A program made the translations under genes and the position numbers. A DNA stretch of 48,411 bases from a virus. Taxonomy: Duplodnaviria > Caudoviricetes. Below are positions 1 to 8,643 of the stretch, in pieces (the first letter of the stretch is position 1; every line of letters begins with the position of its first letter). The notes beneath the pieces are model-generated. The model was not told the origin of the DNA, made no database searches, and saw only the letters and a list, made by a program, of their open reading frames with translations. The stretch is from the IMG/VR virus record IMGVR_UViG_3300009086_000027, positions 1 through 48,411 of that record; one strand, written 5' to 3'.

Positions 1-1
1 A

Positions 2-193
2 AAGCCAACCGCCAAGCCTAAGCGCAAATACGTACGCAAGCAACCTGTACAAGTAGTTGTACCAGTACCGCCAGTGCCCGCTAACCTGCCAACTGAGATC
101 ATCGAGTCGCCAGAAGTTCGCGCACCACTCATCACTCCGCACAACGAGCCTAGCCTGTGGGAGCGTATCAAGTACTGGCTTGCCATCAAATGA
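2..193 (+). CDS. Partial hypothetical protein (5' end outside window)
   Basis: Frame 2 is open from the window start (KPTAKPKRKYVRK...SLWERIKYWLAIK) and ends in an ATGA overlap with the next gene. Confidence 0.7.
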   Translation, partial: KPTAKPKRKYVRKQPVQVVVPVPPVPANLPTEIIESPEVRAPLITPHNEPSLWERIKYWLAIK

Positions 194-546
194 AAGGCGG
201 TAAGAAGCCAGCTCCGCGTGTTGATGCTTACTTGTTTGCCAAGACTTGGAAGATGTTCGAGATGGATAAGCAGTTATCAGCACACGAGTTGGTGGAAATC
301 TTAGAAGTATCCAAACGTACCGCTTGGCTATGGCTACGTACGCTCCACGAGATGCGTTGCATCCACATAGTCGGGTGGTACAAAGATACTATAGGTAGGG
401 ATCAAACCCCGATCTATGCAAATGGTGATGGGTTTGACAAACCTAAATCAAAGCGCACACCACAAGACCGCAAGCGCAAGTACTACGAAAAGAAAGCCAG
501 ACTGGCAAGGGAGAAAGCAAATGAACGACCAAATTACGGAGCTTAA
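190..546 (+). CDS. Putative HTH DNA-binding protein
   Basis: LSAHELVEILEVSKRTAWLWLRTL is HTH-like; basic tail; ATG at 190 overlaps the upstream stop. Confidence 0.6.
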   Translation: MKGGKKPAPRVDAYLFAKTWKMFEMDKQLSAHELVEILEVSKRTAWLWLRTLHEMRCIHIVGWYKDTIGRDQTPIYANGDGFDKPKSKRTPQDRKRKYYEKKARLAREKANERPNYGA

Positions 547-718
547 GAGGAAGTGCTGGGACAATCAGACCGAGCGGCTGGACGTAGAGAAGCTCGCCAA
601 GTTACTTCTGGAAGATGTTATGTCTATCTGCGAAGACCTTGGTGACAAGGGTATGGATGGTCATTACTGTGTCGATGCGATTGCAAAAAAGTATCAGATG
701 CATCAGTGGAGTACGTAA
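521..718 (+). CDS. Hypothetical protein
   Basis: GGAGA SD before ATG 521; TAATG coupling to the next gene. Confidence 0.6.
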   Translation: MNDQITELKRKCWDNQTERLDVEKLAKLLLEDVMSICEDLGDKGMDGHYCVDAIAKKYQMHQWST

Positions 719-912
719 TGAACCGCCCCGACTCACCCTGCATTGCTGTATGCACAACGCTGTATGACGAAGTGTGCAAGGGCTGCGGTCGCACGTTCAT
801 GGAGGTGGCTAACTGGCCCTTTATGGATGAACAAGAGCGCGAGGTTGTGTGGCAGAGGATTGAGACAGAAGCCACAGCTTGGCGATATACAAAATACAAG
901 GAGAGAACATGA
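718..912 (+). CDS. DUF1289 (YdhL-like) Cys-rich protein
   Basis: SPCIAVC...CKGCGRT..EVANW signature. Confidence 0.8.
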   Translation: MNRPDSPCIAVCTTLYDEVCKGCGRTFMEVANWPFMDEQEREVVWQRIETEATAWRYTKYKERT

Positions 913-1130
913 AAACAGTACTGAAACCTAAGACCGAGTGGGGTAGCTGGAAAGAAGAGCTAGTCGTTGCGGCGAAGCGCACTTTCAAACCAATGGAGGG
1001 CAGCTACCACCCCCACGAATTGAGCGCTCCCGCTACACGACCCGGCGCCGATGACCACATGCAGTACCCGAGCCGTAACGGTAACACGTTGACGTATCGA
1101 GACGGTCGAACAGAAAGGGTGAACAAGTGA
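909..1130 (+). CDS. Hypothetical phage protein
   Basis: AGGAG SD, ATGA overlap, RPGADDHMQYPSR motif. Confidence 0.65.
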   Translation: MKTVLKPKTEWGSWKEELVVAAKRTFKPMEGSYHPHELSAPATRPGADDHMQYPSRNGNTLTYRDGRTERVNK

Positions 1131-1315
1131 AATGCCCTGTGTGTGAAACTTGGACAATAGTGAAAGAAACTCGCGCGCGAGTTGATGGGTCCAAGCGGCG
1201 GTCTTATGAGTGCGCGAATGAACATCGGTTTCGGACGTCTGAGACGGTCACTGCGGTTAAAGACGACACGCGCTACGTTAAATTTGTTAGGGTAAACCAT
1301 GAGAAAACGCAGTAA
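1127..1315 (+). CDS. NrdR-like/Ogr-like zinc-ribbon protein
   Basis: MKCPVC...ETR...RRSYECANEHRFRTSE parallels the NrdR N-terminal Zn ribbon; no ATP-cone. Confidence 0.65.
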   Translation: MKCPVCETWTIVKETRARVDGSKRRSYECANEHRFRTSETVTAVKDDTRYVKFVRVNHEKTQ

Positions 1316-1769
1316 GTACCGCCCCAAAGGCGTTAGGTTAAACACTCTAAGTTATGTAGTGGAGAGCATGACCCCTGTGGGGCAGTGCGGCGGGGCGTTA
1401 GTGGACATGCAAGTGAAGAACCACTCTGCACTGACTGAGTTGACCCAAGGGCGAGCGACCAAGGATGACATCTCAGTGCTTATAGCTGCCGTAAACATGA
1501 CGGAAGCCCTGTGCCGCCGTGGGTTTGGGCAGGAGTATAACGACATCATTCGAGACGGCTTGACCGCCTTACGTGCTGTTGGTGGCAGGGGGCTTGCCTC
1601 GGGCCGGTACATACTGAAAGCTGCTGAGATGCAGGCGATGAATGAGGTAATGCAGTTGCATGACGCTCAACTTGAAGTGATAACTATAAAAGATATGGAG
1701 TTGGCAATAGCCGACGTGTATGAAGAAGTGCGTAACAAACGGGCTACACCCATAAAGGAGATCACATGA
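1299..1769 (+). CDS. Hypothetical phage protein
   Basis: 156-aa helical ORF in a tightly packed operon. Confidence 0.75.
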   Translation: MRKRSKYRPKGVRLNTLSYVVESMTPVGQCGGALVDMQVKNHSALTELTQGRATKDDISVLIAAVNMTEALCRRGFGQEYNDIIRDGLTALRAVGGRGLASGRYILKAAEMQAMNEVMQLHDAQLEVITIKDMELAIADVYEEVRNKRATPIKEIT

Positions 1770-2008
1770 CGACAGTTAAACAGGAGATGGATAAGACGGA
1801 CAAGATGGTTCGGCGGGTACGGGCGGGGGCGACGCCACCGCAAGACGATACCCCCAAAAAAGAACCTATCGACTGGCGCGAAGAATTTAAAGACGAGTGG
1901 GATTATCACGGTATCATTTACACAATCGGCAAGACGCTGGCTTGGGTGCTGGTTTTGTCGGTTATGTTTGGTGTTATTTACGGCAGTCTTATTACGGAGC
2001 AGATATGA
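1766..2008 (+). CDS. Hypothetical membrane protein
   Basis: AAGGAG SD, ATGA overlap, C-terminal hydrophobic helix. Confidence 0.65.
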   Translation: MTTVKQEMDKTDKMVRRVRAGATPPQDDTPKKEPIDWREEFKDEWDYHGIIYTIGKTLAWVLVLSVMFGVIYGSLITEQI

Positions 2009-2241
2009 GAACATACGAACGAACCCCAGAAGAGCTTGCTTCTGCAGCACGTAAGGTAGAACTTGTGCTGAACATAGCTGGTAACGGTAACGAACAGATC
2101 AATGTTCTTGCAATCGCGCTATCTAACGCAGTCGTAGAACAAAGCCTAGACATGACTAGTGTAATAAACGGGCTTACTACGATATATCTTGATATGGACG
2201 AACGTTTCAGATCAACGGAGGACGATGATGATGATTACTGA
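2005..2241 (+). CDS. Hypothetical protein with acidic tail
   Basis: GGAG SD, ATGA overlap at 2005, ends EDDDDDY. Confidence 0.65.
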   Translation: MRTYERTPEELASAARKVELVLNIAGNGNEQINVLAIALSNAVVEQSLDMTSVINGLTTIYLDMDERFRSTEDDDDDY

Positions 2242-2455
2242 AGCAGAACGGGAGTTAGACTTGCAACTAGGAGACATGATTCGTGAAAACAACGTACTCA
2301 AACAACGGCTCGAAGCAGCAGTCACAGAAGCACTGCGACTCCGACATAAACTCGAGCACATTTACGCCCTCAGCCAACTGGCCCTTTCCGAAGACGTTAC
2401 CGAACGAGAAAGAAATCCAGCGCCGATTACGCACGCAGACAAAGCGGCGTATTGA
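2225..2455 (+). CDS. Hypothetical coiled-coil protein
   Basis: GGAGG SD before ATG-ATG-ATG; heptad pattern. Confidence 0.5.
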   Translation: MMMITEAERELDLQLGDMIRENNVLKQRLEAAVTEALRLRHKLEHIYALSQLALSEDVTERERNPAPITHADKAAY

Positions 2456-2480
2456 AGATACAGAAGAAGCACCATTTTAA
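2283..2480 (+). CDS. Hypothetical protein (WPFP...EEAPF type), overlapping the previous ORF
   Basis: AGGAG 9 nt before GTG; stop abuts the SD of the next gene. Confidence 0.45.
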   Translation: MKTTYSNNGSKQQSQKHCDSDINSSTFTPSANWPFPKTLPNEKEIQRRLRTQTKRRIEDTEEAPF

Positions 2481-2490
2481 GGAGAGTGAC

Positions 2491-2748
2491 ATGGACGGAT
2501 TTAATGGCACGAGCGCCGACGACTTACAGTACGGCGGTACGCACTACAAAGACATGACCATACAGCCATGGACTGTTATGGAAGCGGTGCTGACACCACA
2601 AGAGTTCATTGGCTTTTTGAAGGGAAACATCATAAAATACAGTCTGCGCCAAGGGAAGAAAGACAGTCCTGACGCTGACAAAGCCAAACACTACATGCAG
2701 AAGCTCGAAGAGTTTGAAAACAACTTGATGTGGAACACTAAGAAGTAA
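2491..2748 (+). CDS. DUF3310 / SaV-like protein (T7 gp1.7 nucleotide kinase-related)
   Basis: QYGGTHYK..IQPW...GFLKGNIIKY..R.GKK....D.DKA.HY signature. Confidence 0.85.
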   Translation: MDGFNGTSADDLQYGGTHYKDMTIQPWTVMEAVLTPQEFIGFLKGNIIKYSLRQGKKDSPDADKAKHYMQKLEEFENNLMWNTKK

Positions 2749-2760
2749 ACTTTTTAATAC

Positions 2761-2863
2761 GGGCGTACTAGCCTTGTAGATGTGACTGTACGCTTACGCG
2801 ACAAGTTTTTAAGTGGACTTGTCGACACCTTAAACAGGTGCGGCGGGCGCCTGACGAATCTAC
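2761..2863 (+). ncRNA. Candidate structured RNA / cis-element upstream of DNA polymerase
   Basis: Stems 2761-2768/2788-2795, 2799-2806/2817-2824 and 2826-2830/2836-2840, plus long-range pair 2776-2781/2858-2863, in a 149-nt gap. Confidence 0.4.
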
Positions 2864-2897
2864 TACCCACCACTTATTTACTTGATGAAAGAACACA

Positions 2898-4739
2898 ATG
2901 GATATTTTGACTCTAGACTTTGAGACGTATTACGACAAAGACTTTTCTTTGTCAAAGATGCAAACAGATGCTTATGTTAACGACCCGCGCTTCGAGATTG
3001 TGGGCGTTAGTATTCTGAAAAACGACGAGCCAGAAGCAACGTGGTTTAGCGGTACGCATGAAGATACACTCGCGTGGATGCACGCGAACTACGACTGGGA
3101 AAACTCAGCTGTACGCTGCCACAACACGCTGTTTGATGGGTACATCATGACGCAACGCTGTGGTATCAAGCCGAAGTTGTGGATGGATACGCTCGGGCAA
3201 GGTCGCATGTTGTTGCCTTATCTGACATCGCACTCACTCGCTAACCTAGCTAAGCAGTTCAACCTACCCGCGAAGGGTACAGCAGTTACCCGTGCTATGG
3301 GTAAGCGCCGCTTGGACTTTAATCCCATGGAATTAGCGGAGTATGAAGAGTACTGTAAGCATGACACGTGGCTGTGTCGTGAGCTTGGCAAGCGGTTCGA
3401 TCCGTTCACCCCGGCGCTAGAGTTAAAGCTGATCGACATGACTATACGTATGTTCACTGAGCCTACGCTGGTAGGTGATGAGATCAAGATGGAGCAGCTC
3501 TACAAAGACGAGGTTGTTCGTAAGGACGCCCTGCTGGCTTTAGCAGAAACAAACCGTGAGATTATTATGTCGAACGACAAGTTCGCCGAGCGACTACTTG
3601 AGCTAGGGGTTTCTCCGCCACGCAAGCAAAGTAAGGCGAACCCAGAAAAGCTGACCTACGCGTTTGCCAAGTCAGATAAAGCGTTCACTGATTTACTAGA
3701 CCACGAAGACAGCGATGTTCAAGCACTCGTCGCCGCGCGGCTTGGCGTAAAGACTACCATTGCTGAGACTCGTGCGCTTAAGTTTCTGGAGACCGCGAAA
3801 CGAGGACCGCTTCCTGTGTACCTCAACTTCTGGGGTGCTAAGACTACAGGGCGATACTCCGGCGGCAACTCGATCAACTGGCAGAACATCCCTGCGCGTG
3901 GTCCATCGGCTGGTCTACGTGACGCGCTTCAAGCCCCTGCTGGGCACACGGTGTTGGTAGGTGACTCATCGAATATCGAGCTTCGCACTGTGATGGCGTT
4001 AGCTGGTCAGGACGACGTGCTAGAGAAACTGCGTAATGGTGTCGACTTGTACTGTGACTTCGCTAGCCAGTTGTTCGGACGCGAGATTACCAAGAAAGAC
4101 AAGGGCGAGCGGTTCCTCGGCAAGACCGCCATGCTGGGTCTACAGTATGGTGCTGGGGCGATGCGGTTCATGGACATGGTACGGCTAGCCAAACGCCAAG
4201 ACCCGACTGTCGAACTTATAGATGAAGACCGCGCTCATACTATTGTGGACTTGTACAGGCTTGTGCACCACAAAGTGGTGGATTTATGGCGTCGGTGCCA
4301 TGACGTGATCCTGCCTGATATTGCTAACGATTGTTCGCTCATTAACGTGGATGTAAATGGGTGGTTTATCACCCAGAACGATGGCTTTGGCAGACCGGGC
4401 GAGCCCGGAGTCATGTACCACGACTTACAGACAGACGGCAAAGAGTGGACGTATTTGATGGGGAAACAACGGGTTCGTATCTTTGGGCCAAAAATTGTAG
4501 AAAATTTATCCCAACATGCTGCAATGCGGATCGTTATGTGGCAAACTGCTCGTATCAATCAGCGCTACCCAGTTAAGCTATCCGTCCATGACGAGGCTGT
4601 CTGTGTGGTGCGTAACGACGAACTTACTGAAGCCCGTGCTTACATGGAAGAGTGTTTATCTATGACGCCACCTTGGTGCCGTAGCATACCCGTTGCGTGT
4701 GAGACAGGCGTTGGTCCTTCATATGGAGATGCTAAGTGA
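2898..4739 (+). CDS. polA: Family A DNA polymerase with 3'-5' exonuclease
   Basis: ExoI LDFETY, ExoII HNTLFD, ExoIII YCKHD; motif A DSSNIELR, B RFLGKTAMLGLQYG, C VHDE. Confidence 0.95.
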   Translation: MDILTLDFETYYDKDFSLSKMQTDAYVNDPRFEIVGVSILKNDEPEATWFSGTHEDTLAWMHANYDWENSAVRCHNTLFDGYIMTQRCGIKPKLWMDTLGQGRMLLPYLTSHSLANLAKQFNLPAKGTAVTRAMGKRRLDFNPMELAEYEEYCKHDTWLCRELGKRFDPFTPALELKLIDMTIRMFTEPTLVGDEIKMEQLYKDEVVRKDALLALAETNREIIMSNDKFAERLLELGVSPPRKQSKANPEKLTYAFAKSDKAFTDLLDHEDSDVQALVAARLGVKTTIAETRALKFLETAKRGPLPVYLNFWGAKTTGRYSGGNSINWQNIPARGPSAGLRDALQAPAGHTVLVGDSSNIELRTVMALAGQDDVLEKLRNGVDLYCDFASQLFGREITKKDKGERFLGKTAMLGLQYGAGAMRFMDMVRLAKRQDPTVELIDEDRAHTIVDLYRLVHHKVVDLWRRCHDVILPDIANDCSLINVDVNGWFITQNDGFGRPGEPGVMYHDLQTDGKEWTYLMGKQRVRIFGPKIVENLSQHAAMRIVMWQTARINQRYPVKLSVHDEAVCVVRNDELTEARAYMEECLSMTPPWCRSIPVACETGVGPSYGDAK

Positions 4740-5428
4740 CCCAACCTATGCCGCTGTCTTTCAGCAGACTATCTACATTCGAGCAATGCCAAGCGCAGTT
4801 TGATTACTTGTACGTATCCAAGCGGGTACAGAACTCTAGTAACGATGCGTCTGAGTATGGCAATCGAGTACACGAGCTACTGGAAGCTAAAGGTAAAGGT
4901 GAGCTAGACGAAGCGACGCTATCCATAGAGGGGCAACAAACGCTAAGCAAGTGGGGGCACATAGTCGACAAGATTCTTGCGCGTGACGGCACGAAGTACT
5001 TCGAGTACCAGATGGCTGTTAGCCGCGCGCTAGAACCTGTTGATTGGTTTGCAAAAGATGTATGGCTTCGATCCATTGCTGACGTGCTTGTAGTTGATGG
5101 CGACACAGCGTATTGCTTAGACTACAAAACAGGCAAGGTGAAAGACAATCCGACCCAGTTGCAGTTGTTCGCAGCTATGGTTATGTGGCATTTCCCAGAA
5201 GTAAACACGGTGAAGACTTCATTCATCTGGCTTAAGTTTGACGAAGTTACAAACTCAAAATACGAACGACGGTTTCTTAGCTCGCTTTGGCGCGCACTGG
5301 AACCACGGTTCGACAAGGTACAGGAAGTTATAGACATGGGTGTATTCAAAGCCACGCCGTCTGGGCTATGCCCATGGTGTCCGGCTAAACATATATGCCC
5401 TGACGCACGACTAAAAGGTAGAAGATGA
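4736..5428 (+). CDS. Cas4/RecB-like PD-(D/E)XK exonuclease
   Basis: SFSRLSTFEQC, IADVL...LDYKTGK, QLQLFA, CPWCPAKHIC (four Cys for an Fe-S cluster). Confidence 0.9.
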   Translation: MTQPMPLSFSRLSTFEQCQAQFDYLYVSKRVQNSSNDASEYGNRVHELLEAKGKGELDEATLSIEGQQTLSKWGHIVDKILARDGTKYFEYQMAVSRALEPVDWFAKDVWLRSIADVLVVDGDTAYCLDYKTGKVKDNPTQLQLFAAMVMWHFPEVNTVKTSFIWLKFDEVTNSKYERRFLSSLWRALEPRFDKVQEVIDMGVFKATPSGLCPWCPAKHICPDARLKGRR

Positions 5429-5727
5429 AAAACGAAGGCGATGTCAAAAAGATTGTTAAAGAAACCCTCAAGAGTTCTCCAGTTTGCTGGTGGTTTATGC
5501 CTCCTGCCAACGGCTATGGGCGCTCTGGTATCCCTGATTTTATTGGCTGTGTTAACGGCTATATGTTCGCTATTGAGACTAAGTTTGGTCGGGGCACTAC
5601 GACTGCTAACCAAGATCGAGAAATCGCCGCGTTAAGTCAGGCAGGGGCGCAAGTTTGGATTGTCCGTGAGACAAGCGTTGACGTATGGGAAACAGAATTT
5701 AAGGCGTGGATAGCACTATGCTCGTAA
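5425..5727 (+). CDS. VRR-NUC domain nuclease
   Basis: E...GIPDFIGC..G...AIETK......T..Q. Confidence 0.88.
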   Translation: MKNEGDVKKIVKETLKSSPVCWWFMPPANGYGRSGIPDFIGCVNGYMFAIETKFGRGTTTANQDREIAALSQAGAQVWIVRETSVDVWETEFKAWIALCS

Positions 5728-7271
5728 TACCAGAGAAACGTAAGATCATTATTAACAGCACGGAGAACGATGCTGTAGCTAGTGTGATGCCGCACGCGAA
5801 GAAGTTTACTCACAACGGCGATAGCATGGTCGCTCTGCCTTATGGGGTCGACGAAGCAAGAGTACTAAAGAACTTAGGTTTCAATGTACCAGCTCCAATT
5901 ACGCAGTACTACAACTGGCCCGCTCGGTTTACGCCGATGGAACATCAGAAAGAAACCGCTGCATTTTTGACGACTCATAAACGTGCGCTATGTCTGAACG
6001 CTCCGGGCACAGGTAAATCCATTAGCTCGATTTGGGCGGCTGACTTTTTGCTGGAAGAAGGCGTGGCCAAGAAAGTTCTCATCATCGCGCCCCTATCTAC
6101 GGTGAAGGTCGTTTGGGGGCGTGAGCTTAAGCATCACTTGCCGCACAGGTCGTTTGTTATCTGCACAGGGACTAGGGAAAAGCGCTTGCGCTTGTTGGAG
6201 ACACCGGGCGTACAGTACGTCATCATCAACCACGATGGCTTCACTAACATGCAGGCGGATTTAACTGGCTTTGATGTGGTCATATACGACGAAGCTACAG
6301 CGCTTAAGACACCGGGTAGTCAACGGTATAAGATATTTTCTCGCTGGATGCAGGCGCATCAGCCGTGGTTGTGGATGCTGACGGGTACACCTATATCCCA
6401 AACACCAGCCGATGCGTGGACACTGGCAAGACTTGTTGACTCACCGATGTGCCCTAAGAGCTTTACTACGTTCAAAGACTTGGTGATGCAGAAAGTGACG
6501 ACGTTTAAGTGGATACCAAGACCTGATGCGCTAGAGACTTGTAAGCGAGTACTTCAGCCATCTATTCGGTTTTCTTTGGATGAGTGCAAAGACCTGCCAG
6601 ATACTAACTTCGTTGGGCGCAAGACATCGCTTACTAAACAGCAGGAGAAGGCGTTCAAAGAGATGCAAGACAAGGCGGTTACAGTTTTTGCAGGAGGAGA
6701 AGTGACAGCAGCTAACACGGCTGTTATGCTCGGCAAACTCTTACAGATTTGTTGCGGAGTTGTCTATGGGGAAGATACTACTATTGCAATAGATGCCAGT
6801 GAGCGGTATAATACACTTACTGAGTTACTTACTGAGATCGGCGACAAAGCGATCATATTTGTACCGCTGAAAGGCGTGCAGCACTGGCTGGTAACTAAGC
6901 TTATTGCTGACGGCTTTGATGTAGCAATGGTAAACGGTGACACAAGTAAGAAAGACAGAGATCAGATATTTAATGACTTTCAGTACACAGACAAGCCGAA
7001 GATTCTGCTAGCGCACCCCAAGGTTGCGGCGCATGGTTTGACGCTTACGAGAGCTAAAGATATTATTTGGTTTGCTCCAATTTATTCACTTGAGATGTAT
7101 GAGCAGGCTAACGCTAGGATTCGCCGGTTGACAACAACGGGCAAAACGTCTGTGTGGCACATCTGGGCCACCAGCTTCGAGGCAGAGTTATACCGCCGAC
7201 TCCGCGCGAAGCAAAGTACACTGGCGGAGTTTTTGAGTTTGGTGCGTGGCATCAACAGTGACGAGCAATAA
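5718..7271 (+). CDS. SNF2-family DNA helicase
   Basis: PGTGKS, DEAT, LTGTP, AAHGLTL, QANARIRR. Confidence 0.92.
   Translation: MLVIPEKRKIIINSTENDAVASVMPHAKKFTHNGDSMVALPYGVDEARVLKNLGFNVPAPITQYYNWPARFTPMEHQKETAAFLTTHKRALCLNAPGTGKSISSIWAADFLLEEGVAKKVLIIAPLSTVKVVWGRELKHHLPHRSFVICTGTREKRLRLLETPGVQYVIINHDGFTNMQADLTGFDVVIYDEATALKTPGSQRYKIFSRWMQAHQPWLWMLTGTPISQTPADAWTLARLVDSPMCPKSFTTFKDLVMQKVTTFKWIPRPDALETCKRVLQPSIRFSLDECKDLPDTNFVGRKTSLTKQQEKAFKEMQDKAVTVFAGGEVTAANTAVMLGKLLQICCGVVYGEDTTIAIDASERYNTLTELLTEIGDKAIIFVPLKGVQHWLVTKLIADGFDVAMVNGDTSKKDRDQIFNDFQYTDKPKILLAHPKVAAHGLTLTRAKDIIWFAPIYSLEMYEQANARIRRLTTTGKTSVWHIWATSFEAELYRRLRAKQSTLAEFLSLVRGINSDEQ
6784..6812 (+). promoter_or_regulatory. Internal sigma70-like promoter within the helicase gene
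   Basis: TTGCAA-17nt-TATAAT. Confidence 0.6.
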
Positions 7272-7284
7272 ACGAGGTGACTTA

Positions 7285-7677
7285 ATGAATTACAACGAAG
7301 CAACAGAAAAGTACCTGCGGGTACGAAAAGAAATAGACGATCTTGAGAAAGCACACAAAGCAGAAAAAGCCAAGATGATGGAAAAGCTGCTGATGCTGGA
7401 AAGTTGGATCACTGCTAAGGCACAAGAGGATGGGCTTCAGACAATCAAGACGCCATTTGGTACTGGCTACTGGTCAACCCACCACACTGCCACCGTTGCC
7501 TCAAGAGAAGAGTTTTTTAGTTTCTGTAAAGAAAATGATGCGTGGGATATGGTCGAGTCACGCGCGTCAAAGCTAGGAGTCAAGAGTTACATCGAAGCTA
7601 CTGGCGCACCTCCACCGGGGGTAAATTTCTCATCGACTCGTGTATTTAATCTTCGTAAAACTCAAAACAAGGAGTAA
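7285..7677 (+). CDS. Conserved phage replication-module protein (coiled-coil N-terminus)
   Basis: GAGGTG SD; IKTPFGT and PPPGVN motifs; lies before the SSB-like gene. Confidence 0.75.
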   Translation: MNYNEATEKYLRVRKEIDDLEKAHKAEKAKMMEKLLMLESWITAKAQEDGLQTIKTPFGTGYWSTHHTATVASREEFFSFCKENDAWDMVESRASKLGVKSYIEATGAPPPGVNFSSTRVFNLRKTQNKE

Positions 7678-7681
7678 CCTA

Positions 7682-8584
7682 ATGAGTAACGTAGCAACAG
7701 TCCCAGCGCACATTGCAGCGCGTATCGCAGCCCGTCAACAGGCAGGCACTAAGTCCGCTATCACAGCCGCTATTGTGGGTGAGGGCGGGGTAAGTATTCC
7801 ACGTATCAGCATTCGTGCTGGTCGTTATCGCTTGAATGAAGACGGTGTCGAGACAACCGTAGGTGTGACGCTAGACACAATCATCGTGGGCGCGAACAAT
7901 CGCGTATCCAAAGTTTTCTATGCTAAAGCATTTGACGCATCAGCCGAAAACGTGCGCCCTGATTGCTGGAGTAATGACGGCCTGAAACCAGACAGCTCCG
8001 TAGCCTCCCCCGTGCATTCCTCTTGCGCAGATTGCCCGAACAACGTTCTGGGCTCTAAAATCCTGCCATCTGGCTTCAAGTCTAAGGTGTGCGCTGACCA
8101 ACGCCACTTGGCTGTGGTAGCGGCAGCGGACCCCAGTAAGGTGTACAGCCTGACCGTGCCGCCGTCTGGTATGACAGGGCTGCGTGAGTACTTTAAAGAC
8201 CTAAGCAACTACGGCATTGCACCAGAAGAAGTAGTAACTGAGTTGGGCTTTGACGATCAAGCAAGCTACCCCAAAATTACTTTTAAGCAAAAAGGTTACG
8301 TGCCAGAGAAAGCTATCTCCCGCGTAGACAATTTGTTACTGAGCGATAGTGTCAAAATCGCAACACGGCAAATGGCCCCTACTAAAGCGGGACCGGCGTT
8401 ATCAGCTCCTAGCACCGCTAGTGCCATGTTGTCTCATGTTGACTCATCTGGACCCACAGCTGACGAAGCATATGGGGAAGAAGAACCTATCCAAGCAAAA
8501 TCTGTGCAAGCTAAACCTATGGTTTCCCCTGTGAAGGCATCGGATGAATTAGCTGCTAAGATCGACAGCCTCTTCGACGAGTAA
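7682..8584 (+). CDS. Putative ssDNA-binding/annealing protein with Zn site
   Basis: PDCWS...CADCP...C motif, low-complexity linker, acidic-aromatic end IDSLFDE, position in the module. Confidence 0.65.
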   Translation: MSNVATVPAHIAARIAARQQAGTKSAITAAIVGEGGVSIPRISIRAGRYRLNEDGVETTVGVTLDTIIVGANNRVSKVFYAKAFDASAENVRPDCWSNDGLKPDSSVASPVHSSCADCPNNVLGSKILPSGFKSKVCADQRHLAVVAAADPSKVYSLTVPPSGMTGLREYFKDLSNYGIAPEEVVTELGFDDQASYPKITFKQKGYVPEKAISRVDNLLLSDSVKIATRQMAPTKAGPALSAPSTASAMLSHVDSSGPTADEAYGEEEPIQAKSVQAKPMVSPVKASDELAAKIDSLFDE

Positions 8585-8590
8585 TAGAAT
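8562..8590 (+). promoter_or_regulatory. Sigma70-like promoter upstream of primase
   Basis: TCGACA-17nt-TAGAAT. Confidence 0.5.
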
Positions 8591-8604
8591 AGGCGTTAGC
8601 ATAC

Positions 8605-8627
8605 GCCCCGGCTGGTCCGGGGTTTTT
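8605..8627 (+). terminator. Rho-independent terminator
   Basis: CCCCGG-ctggt-CCGGGG followed by TTTTT. Confidence 0.75.
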
Positions 8628-8643
8628 CATCTAGGGGCATGTT

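Noticed and set aside
2851-2891. Hammerhead-like CTGACGA...GAAA core; HDV-like CGAA-P2 ending
   Set aside because: Stem II is only 3 bp and no NUH/stem I fits; for HDV there is no room for P3/L3 between P2 and P1'
4736-5428. CRISPR-Cas system from the Cas4-like gene
   Set aside because: No repeat-spacer array or other cas genes; solo Cas4-like nucleases are normal in phage replication modules
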